DNA of 56,683 bases from a virus (Duplodnaviria; Caudoviricetes): positions 1 to 56,683 of IMG/VR virus record IMGVR_UViG_3300042922_001010. The stretch is one strand, 5' to 3'. The translations under genes were made by a program, and so were the position numbers. A model generated the notes under the pieces. The model ran no database searches. It was not told the DNA's origin and worked only from the letters and a program-made list of their open reading frames with translations. Below are positions 1 to 10,039 of the stretch, piece after piece (the stretch's first letter is position 1; each line of letters starts with the position of its first letter).

Positions 1-127
1 TGACGAACTCGGCGAGGGTCTTCGGCTGCTCCGGATCCGGTGCCGGCGGCCCCGGGTACTTGATGAGGTGGGCGTCGATGTCAAAGCCCTTGGACATGCC
101 GGCGATGAGGCCGATGAGGGCGTTGTG
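1..127. repeat. Terminal overlap identical to 56557-56683 (circular-contig assembly overlap)
   Basis: First and last 127 nt are identical; the join lies inside a coding frame; 127 is a common assembler k-mer size. Confidence 0.95.
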
Positions 128-373
128 AGTTCGCGCCGCGATGACCGTCGCCGCGTCCCAGCCCTGCAACTCCGGCGCTCCTCCGCGCAGCGCGAAGACA
201 CGCGACCGCGGGTTGAGCACGAGCTGCTCGGCGAGCACGACGACGTGCCACGCGTCCAACTGCTCCGACCAGACGTGGTCGATGTTCAGTTGGTAGAACT
301 CCGCGAGGTCCGCTCGTAGGGCTCCGTGAGTATCGAGTTCGTCGATTAGCTCGCGGAGCCGCTCGATTCCCCC
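1..373 (-). CDS. Tail assembly chaperone -1 frameshift extension (gpGT-like); continues across the join to TGA at 56504-56506
   Basis: GGGGGAA at 373-367; -1 frame open (GIERLRELIDELDTHGALRADLAEFYQLNIDHVW...FIYGEG*) and ends just before the tape measure start. Confidence 0.85.
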
Positions 374-789
374 AGTGCCTCCGCGTAGCGGTTGAAGATC
401 GCGAGGAAGTGGTCCTCGGTCTTCCCCTCCGACCACTCGACGTACGCCGCGGGCTCGACGGCGATCGACTCCGCGAACGCGTCGATCGATTCGACGAACG
501 TCTGCAGCTTCTTGTAGCGGGCGATGTCCTCCGGCTTGTCCATGTCGAACTGCATGTCGCCCTCGAACGCGCCCTCGGCGTAGGCGTCGAGCCGGAGGTT
601 GTGGAACGCGTTGCGGTGGACCAGCCGGAAGCGGGCCGCGGGGCGCAGCTCCGGCAGATCGGCGAGGAGCTCGGCGGCGAGTTCCTCCTGCTCGAGCTTC
701 GCGTCGTTCACCTCGGAGGGCGTCTGCTCCTTCGGCTTGCGGGCGGGAGCACGGCGGGGAGCGGCGGGCTTGGTTGCGGGAGTCGTCAT
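346..789 (-). CDS. Tail assembly chaperone (gpG-like)
   Basis: Between major tail and tape measure genes; slippery G GGG GAA near its 3' end. Confidence 0.85.
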   Translation of the reverse strand: MTTPATKPAAPRRAPARKPKEQTPSEVNDAKLEQEELAAELLADLPELRPAARFRLVHRNAFHNLRLDAYAEGAFEGDMQFDMDKPEDIARYKKLQTFVESIDAFAESIAVEPAAYVEWSEGKTEDHFLAIFNRYAEALGESSGSAS

Positions 790-890
790 GGCAGACCTCT
801 TTCAGAACGTGTGTGTGGCAGACCTGTCGTGCGGGTGTTGAAGGGCTCCGGGCGGGTCTGCGTACGCACCCGGAGCCCCGTGGGGTGGAC

Positions 891-1490
891 TCAGCCGACG
901 GGGGCGACGAGTCCGGTCTTGAAGATCTGGAACAGACCCGAGCGGCCGTTCACCGACGGGATGACCGACGTCGGGGCGGACAGGATCGAGCCCGACAGCG
1001 GCAGCTCGAAGAAGTTCGCCGTGTCGACCGAGGGCGCGTCGCCGAGGGCGATCTCCGTGTTCGGCAGCCAGAAGCCGAGCGAAGCGCTCGAGTCCTGGAA
1101 GTACAGGAAGATCGCGGTCGGCACGGGCGCCGGCGAGGCCACGGTGTAGCCGCCGGTGCTCGGGTCGAACTCGCCGTTGAACGCGAGGTCGAGGTTGTCC
1201 TCGTCGAACTGCAGGGCGCCGACCGTGAAGCCCCACGTGGTGGAGCTGGACGTGACGCGGACACCGTCGGCAAGGAAGGTGTCGAGCGTCTCGCGCTCTC
1301 CGCCCTCCTTGGTGAAGGCGATGGTGTTCTGCTTCGACGTGTGGCCGAGGTTCTTCCACGGTGCGGGACCGTCGGCGTCGATCTTGAAGCCGTCCGACCC
1401 AAGCGGGCCGGTGGGCGGCTTGGTGCCGACGGGGGCGTGGAACACGGTGCCGTGTCCCGGGATAACGAGCTTGGTTGCGTCAGCGGACAC
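891..1490 (-). CDS. Major tail (tube) protein
   Basis: 199 aa; actinophage tail-tube-like N-terminus (LVIPGHGTVFHAPVGT, WKNLGHTS); synteny; AGGAGG RBS. Confidence 0.85.
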   Translation of the reverse strand: MSADATKLVIPGHGTVFHAPVGTKPPTGPLGSDGFKIDADGPAPWKNLGHTSKQNTIAFTKEGGERETLDTFLADGVRVTSSSTTWGFTVGALQFDEDNLDLAFNGEFDPSTGGYTVASPAPVPTAIFLYFQDSSASLGFWLPNTEIALGDAPSVDTANFFELPLSGSILSAPTSVIPSVNGRSGLFQIFKTGLVAPVG

Positions 1491-1548
1491 ATTTCCTCCT
1501 GGATGAGAGATGCAGACCCGACCCCGGCGCCCGGGGCGCGCGGGGCGG

Positions 1549-1965
1549 TCAGTGGTTGCGGATGGTCAGCTCGAACGAGCCGGTGTACTGGGTGACGGAC
1601 TTCGCGAACATCCGGACTGCCTGACCGACGCGCGTGAACGCTTCGACGTCCCGGATGGTCTCGACTGCTCCGACGCCAGGGACGATGTGGTCCCACGGCG
1701 CTTCGCCCCATGCGTGGATGCCGTCGTAGAGGGCCTGGACGGTCTTGAAGGACTCCGTGTTGGCTTCGATGAATGCCGTGACGGTGAGGGCGGCGGTCCA
1801 GATGCCTTCGCTGTTGCCGCTCTGCGCGATGCTCGCGTTGTGGGTGACGAACGGGACGTCGTCGAACGAGTCGACGTCGAGGTCCGCGGCGACCGTGACG
1901 CCGGGGATCTCGATTCCGACGAGTAGCTGTTGGAATAGCCGGTCGGAGTCGATGAGTGGGCTCAC
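1549..1965 (-). CDS. Tail terminator
   Basis: 138 aa, immediately upstream of major tail gene. Confidence 0.65.
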   Translation of the reverse strand: MSPLIDSDRLFQQLLVGIEIPGVTVAADLDVDSFDDVPFVTHNASIAQSGNSEGIWTAALTVTAFIEANTESFKTVQALYDGIHAWGEAPWDHIVPGVGAVETIRDVEAFTRVGQAVRMFAKSVTQYTGSFELTIRNH

Positions 1966-2309
1966 GCTGACCTCATTCCGTTTCGCATGTGGTGCTGGCC
2001 CGGTTCCCAGCGGACGCGCCGGGCGCCTTCGACGCGGTACATGCGTCCGAACTCGATGGCCGCAGATCCGGGGTCGTCGGCGACGACGAGGCGGTCCTGC
2101 ACGTTCCGGCCGTAGCCGCGCTCACCGGGGACCGAGACGACGCGGAGCTTGTCGATGAAGGAGCCGGTGAGTCGATTCCCGAGCGCTGACGCGCGGACGG
2201 CACGCAGTGTCCGCATGGCGCCACGGTCCATCTCGGAGGATCGGCCCGCGATGACGGCGGTCTGCCGGTCGATCTCGAAATCGCTGAGGTAGACCTGGCC
2301 CGCCGCCAC
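1962..2309 (-). CDS. Neck protein (HK97 gp10-like position, DUF5403-like)
   Basis: GTG start abutting upstream stop; AIEFG motif; synteny. Confidence 0.6.
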   Translation of the reverse strand: MAAGQVYLSDFEIDRQTAVIAGRSSEMDRGAMRTLRAVRASALGNRLTGSFIDKLRVVSVPGERGYGRNVQDRLVVADDPGSAAIEFGRMYRVEGARRVRWEPGQHHMRNGMRSA

Positions 2310-2659
2310 TAGGCGTCTCCGAGGCGGCGCATGGTGATGCGCCAGTGCGAGGTCCGGCGCGACATGGTGAGCGGCTGAGGGGCGCCGATCATCTCGTAGA
2401 CGTCGTCCTCCCAGTAGACGTAGGAGTTGACATCGCCCGACCACGTCTTCGAGAGGATGACCCGCATGTCGATGATCTGCAGGCCGGGCGCCCCGGCCGT
2501 TTCCTCAGCGGATGACCAGTCACGCGCGACCTGCACCGCGCAGCGGTGCGCGACGGGATCTCCGTCGGGCACCCATACGCGGCGGCCCGCTTCGTCCCGT
2601 TCGACTCGGCGGTTCTGGACGAGCACCGTGTGCGGCGCCTTGCGTGTGAGCAGAGACAT
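2309..2659 (-). CDS. Head-to-tail stopper
   Basis: 116 aa beta-rich ORF after the adaptor. Confidence 0.65.
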   Translation of the reverse strand: MSLLTRKAPHTVLVQNRRVERDEAGRRVWVPDGDPVAHRCAVQVARDWSSAEETAGAPGLQIIDMRVILSKTWSGDVNSYVYWEDDVYEMIGAPQPLTMSRRTSHWRITMRRLGDA

Positions 2660-3060
2660 CAGGCGAAACCGGGATCCAGCCGCCCGACGCGCACGGTCCC
2701 GACGATGGGCGAGCCCTTCGGGGACGTGCCGGTCAGGTCGTGGATGTCGTCGTCGGTGAACCAGATGGTTCCGGACGCCACCGCGGCGGAGAGGTTGTAC
2801 TGGTACGAGCCCTCCGTCTCCGACCGGTACCCCTCCGGGTTCCGGTAGACGCGCGTGGCGAGCCGACAGATCACCGCCTCGTAGAGACGCGCTTTGAGGC
2901 GCCCGCTCCGCAGCCGTCCCGCGACGAGACTCCCGTATCGGTTCTCGACCTTGTCGACCACCTCGTCGAGCCGCGCCTGCACGAACTCGTCCTTGAACTG
3001 GCTGAGGTCGCCTTCGTAGTGCTTCGGGAGCACGTCCAGGGTGACGTCGGGCAGGGCCAT
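2659..3060 (-). CDS. Head-to-tail adaptor
   Basis: RVYRNPEGYRSETEGSYQY motif typical of actinophage adaptors; start MALPDV. Confidence 0.8.
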   Translation of the reverse strand: MALPDVTLDVLPKHYEGDLSQFKDEFVQARLDEVVDKVENRYGSLVAGRLRSGRLKARLYEAVICRLATRVYRNPEGYRSETEGSYQYNLSAAVASGTIWFTDDDIHDLTGTSPKGSPIVGTVRVGRLDPGFA

Positions 3061-3064
3061 CGGC

Positions 3065-3532
3065 TTACTCCTTCGTCTGGATGAGCAGCTCGAGTTCCGA
3101 TTCGCTGGTCTCGTCGGTGAACTCGAGTCCGAGCTCGTTGGCCTTCGTGCGGAGCGCTGCGATGTCCAGGTCGCCGGAATCGCCGGACGCACCGGATTCG
3201 GCGGCCGCTGCAGCGGCGATCTCCGCTTCCTTAGCGGCGATGCGCGCGAGGATGTCCTTGGTCTTGCCGTTCGCCTTGACCTCGAGCGCCTTGGCGCGAT
3301 CGACGACGGCGGCGCGGTCCGGTGCGGGTGCGGGTGCGGGCTGGGCCGGCTGGGCCGTGGTGCCGGCGGTCTCGGAACGGGCGGGCTGTGTCGCCTCGCC
3401 GTACACCTCGAGAACGTCGGGGTTGGTGACGATGTCCTTGGCCCAGTCGGGCAGGTCGTCGCCGGGAATGAGGGTGACGAATTCGGCGTCGCGCGGGACG
3501 GTGACGTACCCGGTAAGTCGTGTGGGGCTCAT
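3065..3532 (-). CDS. Hypothetical virion-associated protein
   Basis: PGDDLPDWA motif, Ala/Pro linker, helical C-terminal segments; follows capsid gene. Confidence 0.6.
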   Translation of the reverse strand: MSPTRLTGYVTVPRDAEFVTLIPGDDLPDWAKDIVTNPDVLEVYGEATQPARSETAGTTAQPAQPAPAPAPDRAAVVDRAKALEVKANGKTKDILARIAAKEAEIAAAAAAESGASGDSGDLDIAALRTKANELGLEFTDETSESELELLIQTKE

Positions 3533-3555
3533 GCAGACCTCTCAGTCGGTGGGGA

Positions 3556-3596
3556 TGAGAAAGGGGCGCCCTCCGCGGATGGGAGGACGCCCCTTC
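3556..3596 (-). terminator. Intrinsic terminator after major capsid gene
   Basis: AAGGGGCGTCCTCC...GGAGGGCGCCCCTT stem followed by TCTC. Confidence 0.65.
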
Positions 3597-3610
3597 GGGG
3601 TCGCGTCAGA

Positions 3611-4606
3611 TCAGAACGCGTCGAGGACCGCGGTGCGGTCGGGGGCCGTCACGACGGGCAGCACGACACCCGACACGAGGACGTTGTAGCCCTCGGGGTC
3701 GCTGCGGTGCATGGCGCCGGCGAACAGTCCCGGGCGCTCGGCCTGGGCGATGCCGTTCTCGGGGTTGACCGACTCGGCCGCGATACCGACCTTGGTCGTG
3801 CCGACCTGGCCCGCGGGAACGATGAGCACCTTGTCGGCCGCGATGGTCGGAACCAGCACGCCGGAGGTGTTGGTCACGAGCTCCTCGTTGACGCGCGGGA
3901 CGCCGAGACGGAAGTCCGAGAACACCGTCTGCACGTCCGCCCACGAGATGCGGTCCGGGAGGTCCGTTCCGCGGCCGAGGGCCGTCTTGATGAGCTGCGT
4001 GTTCCGCTGCAGGTAGGTCGCGGACTGCTCCGACAGGATGACCCGTCCGAGCGGCCCGTAGACCGAGCGGAGCCCCTCGAGGTCCGCGATGGGGTTCGCC
4101 GTGGCGACGCTGGACCACGGGGTCGCGGCGTTGGCGCTGAGGGCGCCGTTGCGTCCGAACTCGACGGTGAAGTTGAGCTTGCCTTCGGTGATGGTCACCT
4201 TGCCGCTCGTGATGCCCTCGTAGGCGGCGAGCACGACACGGGCCGCGAGCGCCTGAGCGGAGCGGATCGCGCGGTCCTCGAACGCCTGGCCGATCGCGTT
4301 GTTCTGACCGAACAGCGTCAGCTTGAGGTACTCGTCGACCGGGTGGCGCTGGCTGATGGGCGGGAGCGCACCCTGCTTGCTCGAGCCGGAGGGCATCTCG
4401 CCCACGTCCGACTCGGTGTTCCACGCGCGGTAGGTCGCGGCGGCCGGGAGGGCGCCCTCGACGTTGCCGTACGTGAAGTCGAGGTCGTAGACCACGTCGA
4501 GCGGCAGGAGGCCGGCGACGAGGTACCCCTCGATGAAGGCGCGGAACGCCGCCCGCGCTGCAGCGGTGAGCTGCGCGGGGGTGCGGAAGTCCTTGGTGAA
4601 GGTCAT
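3611..4606 (-). CDS. Major capsid protein
   Basis: 331 aa after scaffold and decoration genes; lambda-E-like actinophage capsid features; followed by terminator. Confidence 0.85.
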   Translation of the reverse strand: MTFTKDFRTPAQLTAAARAAFRAFIEGYLVAGLLPLDVVYDLDFTYGNVEGALPAAATYRAWNTESDVGEMPSGSSKQGALPPISQRHPVDEYLKLTLFGQNNAIGQAFEDRAIRSAQALAARVVLAAYEGITSGKVTITEGKLNFTVEFGRNGALSANAATPWSSVATANPIADLEGLRSVYGPLGRVILSEQSATYLQRNTQLIKTALGRGTDLPDRISWADVQTVFSDFRLGVPRVNEELVTNTSGVLVPTIAADKVLIVPAGQVGTTKVGIAAESVNPENGIAQAERPGLFAGAMHRSDPEGYNVLVSGVVLPVVTAPDRTAVLDAF

Positions 4607-4620
4607 GTGGTGGGGGCCTC

Positions 4621-5052
4621 TCAGACGAACTTGAAGATGCCGGTGGTGGCGGCATCGGCGACGGTGTCGCGCTGGGCGACGACGGGCAGGCGGTCGGCCG
4701 CGATCTCGGCGATTCCGACGAGAGCGAAGGTCGGCTTCGCGGTCGCCGGGTTCGCGCCGAGCTCGACGCCGAGGACGTCGCCCACGAAGCCGGCGAGGAC
4801 GCGTGCGGGGTCGCCGTCGGCGCCCGCCTCCGCGTCGAACGGCACGTAGAGGTCGTTCGCGGCGAGCGCGACAGCGACGCCCGAGGGGACGACGTTGTCG
4901 GTGCGACCGTTCAGGTTGTAGTGGACGCCGGACTCGAACGCGGTCGGGTCGAGCTGACCGGACTTCTCCGAGCCCTCCCCGAACTTGCCGATGCGGTACC
5001 GGGTGTCGATGGGGCGACCCACCGCGGTCGTGCTGGTCTGGAAATCGACCAT
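4621..5052 (-). CDS. Capsid decoration protein
   Basis: VVPSGVAVA...YVPF motif; between scaffold and capsid. Confidence 0.65.
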   Translation of the reverse strand: MVDFQTSTTAVGRPIDTRYRIGKFGEGSEKSGQLDPTAFESGVHYNLNGRTDNVVPSGVAVALAANDLYVPFDAEAGADGDPARVLAGFVGDVLGVELGANPATAKPTFALVGIAEIAADRLPVVAQRDTVADAATTGIFKFV

Positions 5053-5068
5053 GAATCCCTCCTCGGGA

Positions 5069-5749
5069 CTAGTTGGACTTGGGCTTGAGGCGGTCGTAGA
5101 ACGCCTGCTCCATGGCCGCGACGGAACCGCCGGTGCCGGGAGGGGTCTTGGACTGCCGGGAGAGCACGTCGCCGAGCAGATCGCCCGGAGGGGTGCCGTC
5201 GTTGCTGGCCCTCGGAGCGAGGGTGTTGGCGAACGTCTCGACCTTCGCGGCGTCGAGATTTCCGTCGGCGTCGATGAACTTCTGCACATCGATCACCTCG
5301 AGGACACCGTTCACGCGCGCGGCGGCATCTTCGGGGGTTTCGTCCGCGCCGCGGGTGCGGGCGACGAGGATGGCCTGGACCGCGGGCTTCGCGAACTTGT
5401 CGCGGGCGGCCTCGAATCCGGCGGTCTGCGCTTCCGTGCGCGCCTGGGCGAGCGCGCGGTCCGCGTCGCTGAGCGCTGCGGCTGCGGCGTCGTCTGCGGC
5501 AGTGAGCTTGGTGCGGACTTCGTCGACCGAGCCGAACTTGAGCCAGGGCGTGAGGTTCTTCTGCTGCTTCTTGGACTCGTGGCGCCAGTATTCCGCGCGC
5601 TGTTCGGGCGTCATGTCGGCGACCTTGGTCTCGACGGGGAAGTCGAACGTCTCGCCGTCGAGCGTCGGCTTCAAGGGCGGCGTGGTGCCGCCGGTGGGGT
5701 TCTCGCCGTCGAAGAAACGGAGCAGGAAGAAGGGTTTGCGAGTGAACAT
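5069..5749 (-). CDS. Scaffolding protein
   Basis: Helical Ala-rich; MTPEQRAEYWRHESKK motif; upstream of capsid. Confidence 0.8.
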   Translation of the reverse strand: MFTRKPFFLLRFFDGENPTGGTTPPLKPTLDGETFDFPVETKVADMTPEQRAEYWRHESKKQQKNLTPWLKFGSVDEVRTKLTAADDAAAAALSDADRALAQARTEAQTAGFEAARDKFAKPAVQAILVARTRGADETPEDAAARVNGVLEVIDVQKFIDADGNLDAAKVETFANTLAPRASNDGTPPGDLLGDVLSRQSKTPPGTGGSVAAMEQAFYDRLKPKSN

Positions 5750-5807
5750 GCTGAGGTGTCCTCCGGATCGGAAGTGGGAACCGCACCCAGATCGGGCGCG
5801 GGGTGCG

Positions 5808-6878
5808 TCAGGCCGCGTGGCGGCTGGCGCGTGCGATGAGGTCGCGGTGGTACTGGATGGCGGCGTCGATGTCCTTCACTGCGCGGGGGCTGCCGCTGCC
5901 GGCGATGTCGACGACGTTCGTGCCGCGGGACTTGGCGTTGAGCAAGTAGCGAATGGAGCGCTCGGACGTAGCGGCCATGGCTTTCCAGTTCCGCTCGTCG
6001 TCCTCGCGCGTCTGCCGCTTGAACGGCGTCGCCTTCGCGCTGTAGGTGGTGTCGCGGTTCACCTCGTCGAGCGTCCGGAACTTGGATCCCTGTCGGATGA
6101 GGATGGGACCGAGTTCGCCGTGCTCGTAGGACGTCACGCGGATGTTCTTGAGGCCCTGTCCTCCGGTGCCGCCGGCGGCCGCGTAGAGCGCGTCCAGGTC
6201 TTCGCGGTTGAGCTCGAGCCCGGGGTCGGACGTCGCAGTGACGGCGTCGACAGTGCACTTGCATCCGCCGTGGATCTCCATGAGGTCTTGGACGGAGTAC
6301 AGGCGGTCGGCGGCCACCATGCAGAGGCCGCACGTACCGGTGCGCGAGCGCTCCGGGTGGATGATGCGGCGGTAGCCGATCACCTTGGGCGAGGCGGCCA
6401 TGACCTTGTTCGTTTCGTCTCGCGCGGCCGCCTGGACGTCGGCCTCGACGATGCGCGTGAGGCGTTCGGTGAACGCTGCGTTGGCCTTTTCCGCGGCCTC
6501 GGCGGGCGACGCGCCCTGTTCAAGTTCACGCCGCTCGACGTAGTTCCGCTCGCGGGCAGGGCGCTGGTAGACGACAAGCTGCAGCGCCCCGCCGCGTTCG
6601 TAGGTGTTGACGGTCGGCGCCAGGCTGACGGGCGGGGCTCCGAGCTGTGCGAGCCGGGTGAGCATGTACCCGCGCGACATGCCGCGGACCTGAGCGAGAG
6701 CGACGTCCACGTCGACCGTGGAGCGTGCGGCGCGCGCGCGGACTAGGTCAGCGTCGTCCCACTGGTCGAAGCCGCCCCACAGCCCGAATAGCACCCGCAG
6801 AAGGGTGGCGAGGATGCTGGCCTGTGTCTTGGAGTAGGCGTCAACCGTTCGTCGGGTTTGATCCAGCGTTGTTGACAT
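5808..6878 (-). CDS. Capsid maturation / MuF-like minor head protein
   Basis: GYRRIIHPERSRTGTCGLC...IHGGCKC and HGELGP motifs; follows portal. Confidence 0.75.
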   Translation of the reverse strand: MSTTLDQTRRTVDAYSKTQASILATLLRVLFGLWGGFDQWDDADLVRARAARSTVDVDVALAQVRGMSRGYMLTRLAQLGAPPVSLAPTVNTYERGGALQLVVYQRPARERNYVERRELEQGASPAEAAEKANAAFTERLTRIVEADVQAAARDETNKVMAASPKVIGYRRIIHPERSRTGTCGLCMVAADRLYSVQDLMEIHGGCKCTVDAVTATSDPGLELNREDLDALYAAAGGTGGQGLKNIRVTSYEHGELGPILIRQGSKFRTLDEVNRDTTYSAKATPFKRQTREDDERNWKAMAATSERSIRYLLNAKSRGTNVVDIAGSGSPRAVKDIDAAIQYHRDLIARASRHAA

Positions 6879-8262
6879 CGTTGCCTCCTGCGGCGACCGC
6901 CGCCATGAAGGCTTCGGTCAATCGGTCTTGGTCGGCGAGGCGCATCTCGGCGGGCGTCATCTGCAGGACGTTCTCGTCGATCCAGCGCTGAGTCGCGCCG
7001 CCCGCCTTGAACTTCGGTGCGGACTCGGCACGTTCCGCGAGCGTCGCCGGGTTGACCGTGGCGAACATGACCTCGATCTGCGTGACGTCGGCGCGCACGA
7101 GATCACGCATCGCCTGGAAGCCGAGCGCCATGATCTGCGCCAGCGAGGCGCCGGCGCGGCGGTTCATCCGCTTGACCGCGAACACGAGCTGTTCTCGAGC
7201 GAGCTCGGCGCCTGTGGCGGACTGGTTCGCGGAATCGCCTTGGAAGACGTACTGCGGCGTCGCCGTGAGGGACGCGAGAGTCTCGACCTCTTGCTTGCGC
7301 GCGTCGTAGATGGGGCGGACGTCCGTGGGCGCTGACTCCCAGATCTTGGACGTCTCGGGAAGGAGCCACAGGGCCGACGGGCTCGCCTTGAACATCTCGT
7401 CGTAGTCGATGGCTTCACCCGCCTGCGGGTGGCCTTCCGGGTAGTGCGTCGGCATGGAGCCCTGGATGGCTCGCTGCCGGAACGACTGCATGACGATTAG
7501 GGTCAGCCCGTTCAGGGTGATCTCGTTGATGCGGTCGACGCTGTCGAGATGCTTCTCGTAGACGCCGTAGCCGTCGTGAGTGCTGACCTTTGTGAGCACG
7601 CAGTCGGTCGTCCAGGGAGTGCGAATCGGGTCGCTCGCCCATTCCCAGTCGGTCGACCCGTACCACGGGCTGCCGTCTTTCGGGAGCGTCGCGACGGGCG
7701 TGCGGCGGAACGCGACGCGGTAGTAGCCCTTGCGGAACAGTACGACCGTCTCGGCCTGGGCGACCTCGTCGTAGCCGACAGTGATGCCGGCCTCGGTGAG
7801 CCACGGGAAGTTCTGGTCCGCGATCGTCGCGGTGTCCCAACCGTTGCTGAGCTTGAACCGTGGCGCTCCGTCGGCGGCGAGCCACGTCGCGACATAGGAC
7901 GCGCCGTAGTCGGCCGTGTCGTTGAACATCTGCTCTGACTGCATGTCCATGCGGGACAGCACCCAGTTCCGCCAGGCGACTGTGTCGCCGGACTCGTCGT
8001 CGGTGGCCGCCGTGCGGAAGCCGAGGATCTCCTGGCGGTTGGTGCGCGCGTCGCGGATGGTCTCGACGACGTGGAGGCGCGACTTCCGCAGGAAGTTCAT
8101 GTACGAGTCCCGCATGCCGTCCCACATATTCACGGGGATGAGGGCGTCGCCGTCGCGGTACTTCGTCAGGCGGTGCATTCGCGGCAGACCTTCGCCGAGC
8201 TGGTTACACAGGCGGACGAGGTACCAGTCGTCCGTGCCCGGGACACTCGCGTTCACGAGCAT
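6841..8262 (-). CDS. Portal protein
   Basis: 473 aa directly after terminase; SPP1 gp6-like size and motifs. Confidence 0.9.
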   Translation of the reverse strand: MLVNASVPGTDDWYLVRLCNQLGEGLPRMHRLTKYRDGDALIPVNMWDGMRDSYMNFLRKSRLHVVETIRDARTNRQEILGFRTAATDDESGDTVAWRNWVLSRMDMQSEQMFNDTADYGASYVATWLAADGAPRFKLSNGWDTATIADQNFPWLTEAGITVGYDEVAQAETVVLFRKGYYRVAFRRTPVATLPKDGSPWYGSTDWEWASDPIRTPWTTDCVLTKVSTHDGYGVYEKHLDSVDRINEITLNGLTLIVMQSFRQRAIQGSMPTHYPEGHPQAGEAIDYDEMFKASPSALWLLPETSKIWESAPTDVRPIYDARKQEVETLASLTATPQYVFQGDSANQSATGAELAREQLVFAVKRMNRRAGASLAQIMALGFQAMRDLVRADVTQIEVMFATVNPATLAERAESAPKFKAGGATQRWIDENVLQMTPAEMRLADQDRLTEAFMAAVAAGGNDVNNAGSNPTNG

Positions 8263-8279
8263 GGGCGACCCCTTTTCTG

Positions 8280-10037
8280 TTATCGGACGCGGGTGGGCAA
8301 CTGCTGTTGCTTCTCCACGTGTTGCTTTCGGTAGCGCGCGGTCGCTTCGTACGCGAGGGCCATGCCGACGGCGGCGTCCATCTTGTGCATCGAGCCGTGG
8401 CGGTCCTTGCCGATGACGTAGCCGAACGTCTTGACCCAGCGGCGCGCGTTCATCACGTGCCGTGTGAGGGTTTTGTGGTTGCCGTGCCGGATGCGCCGGT
8501 CGGCGACCGCGGTGTGCGCGCGTTCGATGACCTTCGCCATCTGGACGTGCTGGGAGGTATAGAACGCGATGGGCTTCTCTTTGGTGGAGACGACCATGAG
8601 GTACGGCCCGAGGTCGCGTTCCCAGTTCTCGACGTAGTCGTCGAACCGGGGCGGGTCCGCGAGGAACCCGACGACCTTGTAGTCCTTGAACGTCTGCCGG
8701 ACGACGGCGTCGACCTCGGTCTTGTCGATGCGCCAGTGCTTCGCGGCCTTCGAGTCGGGCGCCTCCCAGATGCGGATGGGGAAGACGTAGCCGTCAGATA
8801 CTCGGCAGGCAATGAGCACGGTCGCGTCGCCAGACTCGGATCCGTCGAACCCGAGGGTGATGGTGTCGCCCTTGGCCGGCGGGCGCCAGTCGAGCTTCTG
8901 GCCCTTCACCTTCGCTTCGTTCAGCGCGTAGGCGAGGCCGATCCGCTGCCACTGGGCGATAGAGATCCACGAGTTTGCGTCCTCGACGAGCGCGTTGAAG
9001 AAGTATCGGCGCGTCTCGGTCTCGGACTGGTGCGTGTCGAACAGTCCGTCGAGCAGGTCGTCGACCGTCCACCAGCCCATGGCGTCGCCGTAGGCCTCGA
9101 TGAACGCGTCACCGAGGCGCTTGAGGTACTCCTCCTCGGTCTCCATTCGCGTTTCGTCGGGATGGTCCGGGTCGATGGGCACCTTCATGGGCTCGAGCGA
9201 CTCGACGTCGGCCCAGCGGTGATCGAACAGCAGGTTCGGGCGTCGTGCCTTGCCCTCCTGGATCATGTCCGCCAGGTGGTACGTCTCCTCGGCGATGGAT
9301 TCCTCGCCGGGCGCGTACATCGTGGTGGTCTCGATGTACCAGGTGCCGACCTTCTTCCGCTTGCGGAGGTTTCGGGACACCACGCGGAACATCTCGCGCA
9401 GCGTCGGCACGTTGTAGAGGTGGGTCTCATCGAACACGGCGAACGTCTCGAGCCCGCCGTCCTTCGACGCCGCTCCGGCGGTCGACGGCACGATGAGGTC
9501 GCGACGATTGAGCTGCACACGCGTCTTGCCCGGGTCGACGCCGTAGGCCGCCTTGAGCTGGAACAGCGGGGCTTCCTCGTCGGTCAGGTTGTAGTAGACC
9601 GAGTCGTAGGTGTTGCCCACCTGGCCTTCCTCGGTCGCCATGATGCGGACGTACGGGTTGTGCATCGGCTTGCCCATGGGCTCGCCGGCGCGGTACTCGT
9701 AGGTCTGGCCGAGGAACTCGTAGGTCTCGCCGCCTTTGGCCCAGCCGGCGAACCGGCAGGGGCCGAATGCCTCGAACAGCACGAGCGCCGCGGCGATGCC
9801 GGACTTGTCCGTGCCCTTCGGGCGCGAGAGGAAGGCGGAGCCGTAGAACCGGCGCCCGTTCTTGTCGAGCGCGTAGCAGTCGACGTAGAACTGGGTGTAC
9901 TCGTCGCCGTAGCGGATCGGCTGCCCCTGGGGGTCGCCGCGGCCGTGGACGACGAAGGACTCGATCCACCAGACGGCGAGCCATCCGAGTGACCGGTTCC
10001 GGTCGTGATCCGGGTGGGTGATGACGCGGCGTGGCAT
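8280..10037 (-). CDS. Terminase large subunit
   Basis: Walker A-like RPKGTDKS, Walker B AVFDETH, nuclease LGFDGS...D and KMDAAV; start MPRRVI. Confidence 0.95.
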   Translation of the reverse strand: MPRRVITHPDHDRNRSLGWLAVWWIESFVVHGRGDPQGQPIRYGDEYTQFYVDCYALDKNGRRFYGSAFLSRPKGTDKSGIAAALVLFEAFGPCRFAGWAKGGETYEFLGQTYEYRAGEPMGKPMHNPYVRIMATEEGQVGNTYDSVYYNLTDEEAPLFQLKAAYGVDPGKTRVQLNRRDLIVPSTAGAASKDGGLETFAVFDETHLYNVPTLREMFRVVSRNLRKRKKVGTWYIETTTMYAPGEESIAEETYHLADMIQEGKARRPNLLFDHRWADVESLEPMKVPIDPDHPDETRMETEEEYLKRLGDAFIEAYGDAMGWWTVDDLLDGLFDTHQSETETRRYFFNALVEDANSWISIAQWQRIGLAYALNEAKVKGQKLDWRPPAKGDTITLGFDGSESGDATVLIACRVSDGYVFPIRIWEAPDSKAAKHWRIDKTEVDAVVRQTFKDYKVVGFLADPPRFDDYVENWERDLGPYLMVVSTKEKPIAFYTSQHVQMAKVIERAHTAVADRRIRHGNHKTLTRHVMNARRWVKTFGYVIGKDRHGSMHKMDAAVGMALAYEATARYRKQHVEKQQQLPTRVR

Positions 10038-10039
10038 TG

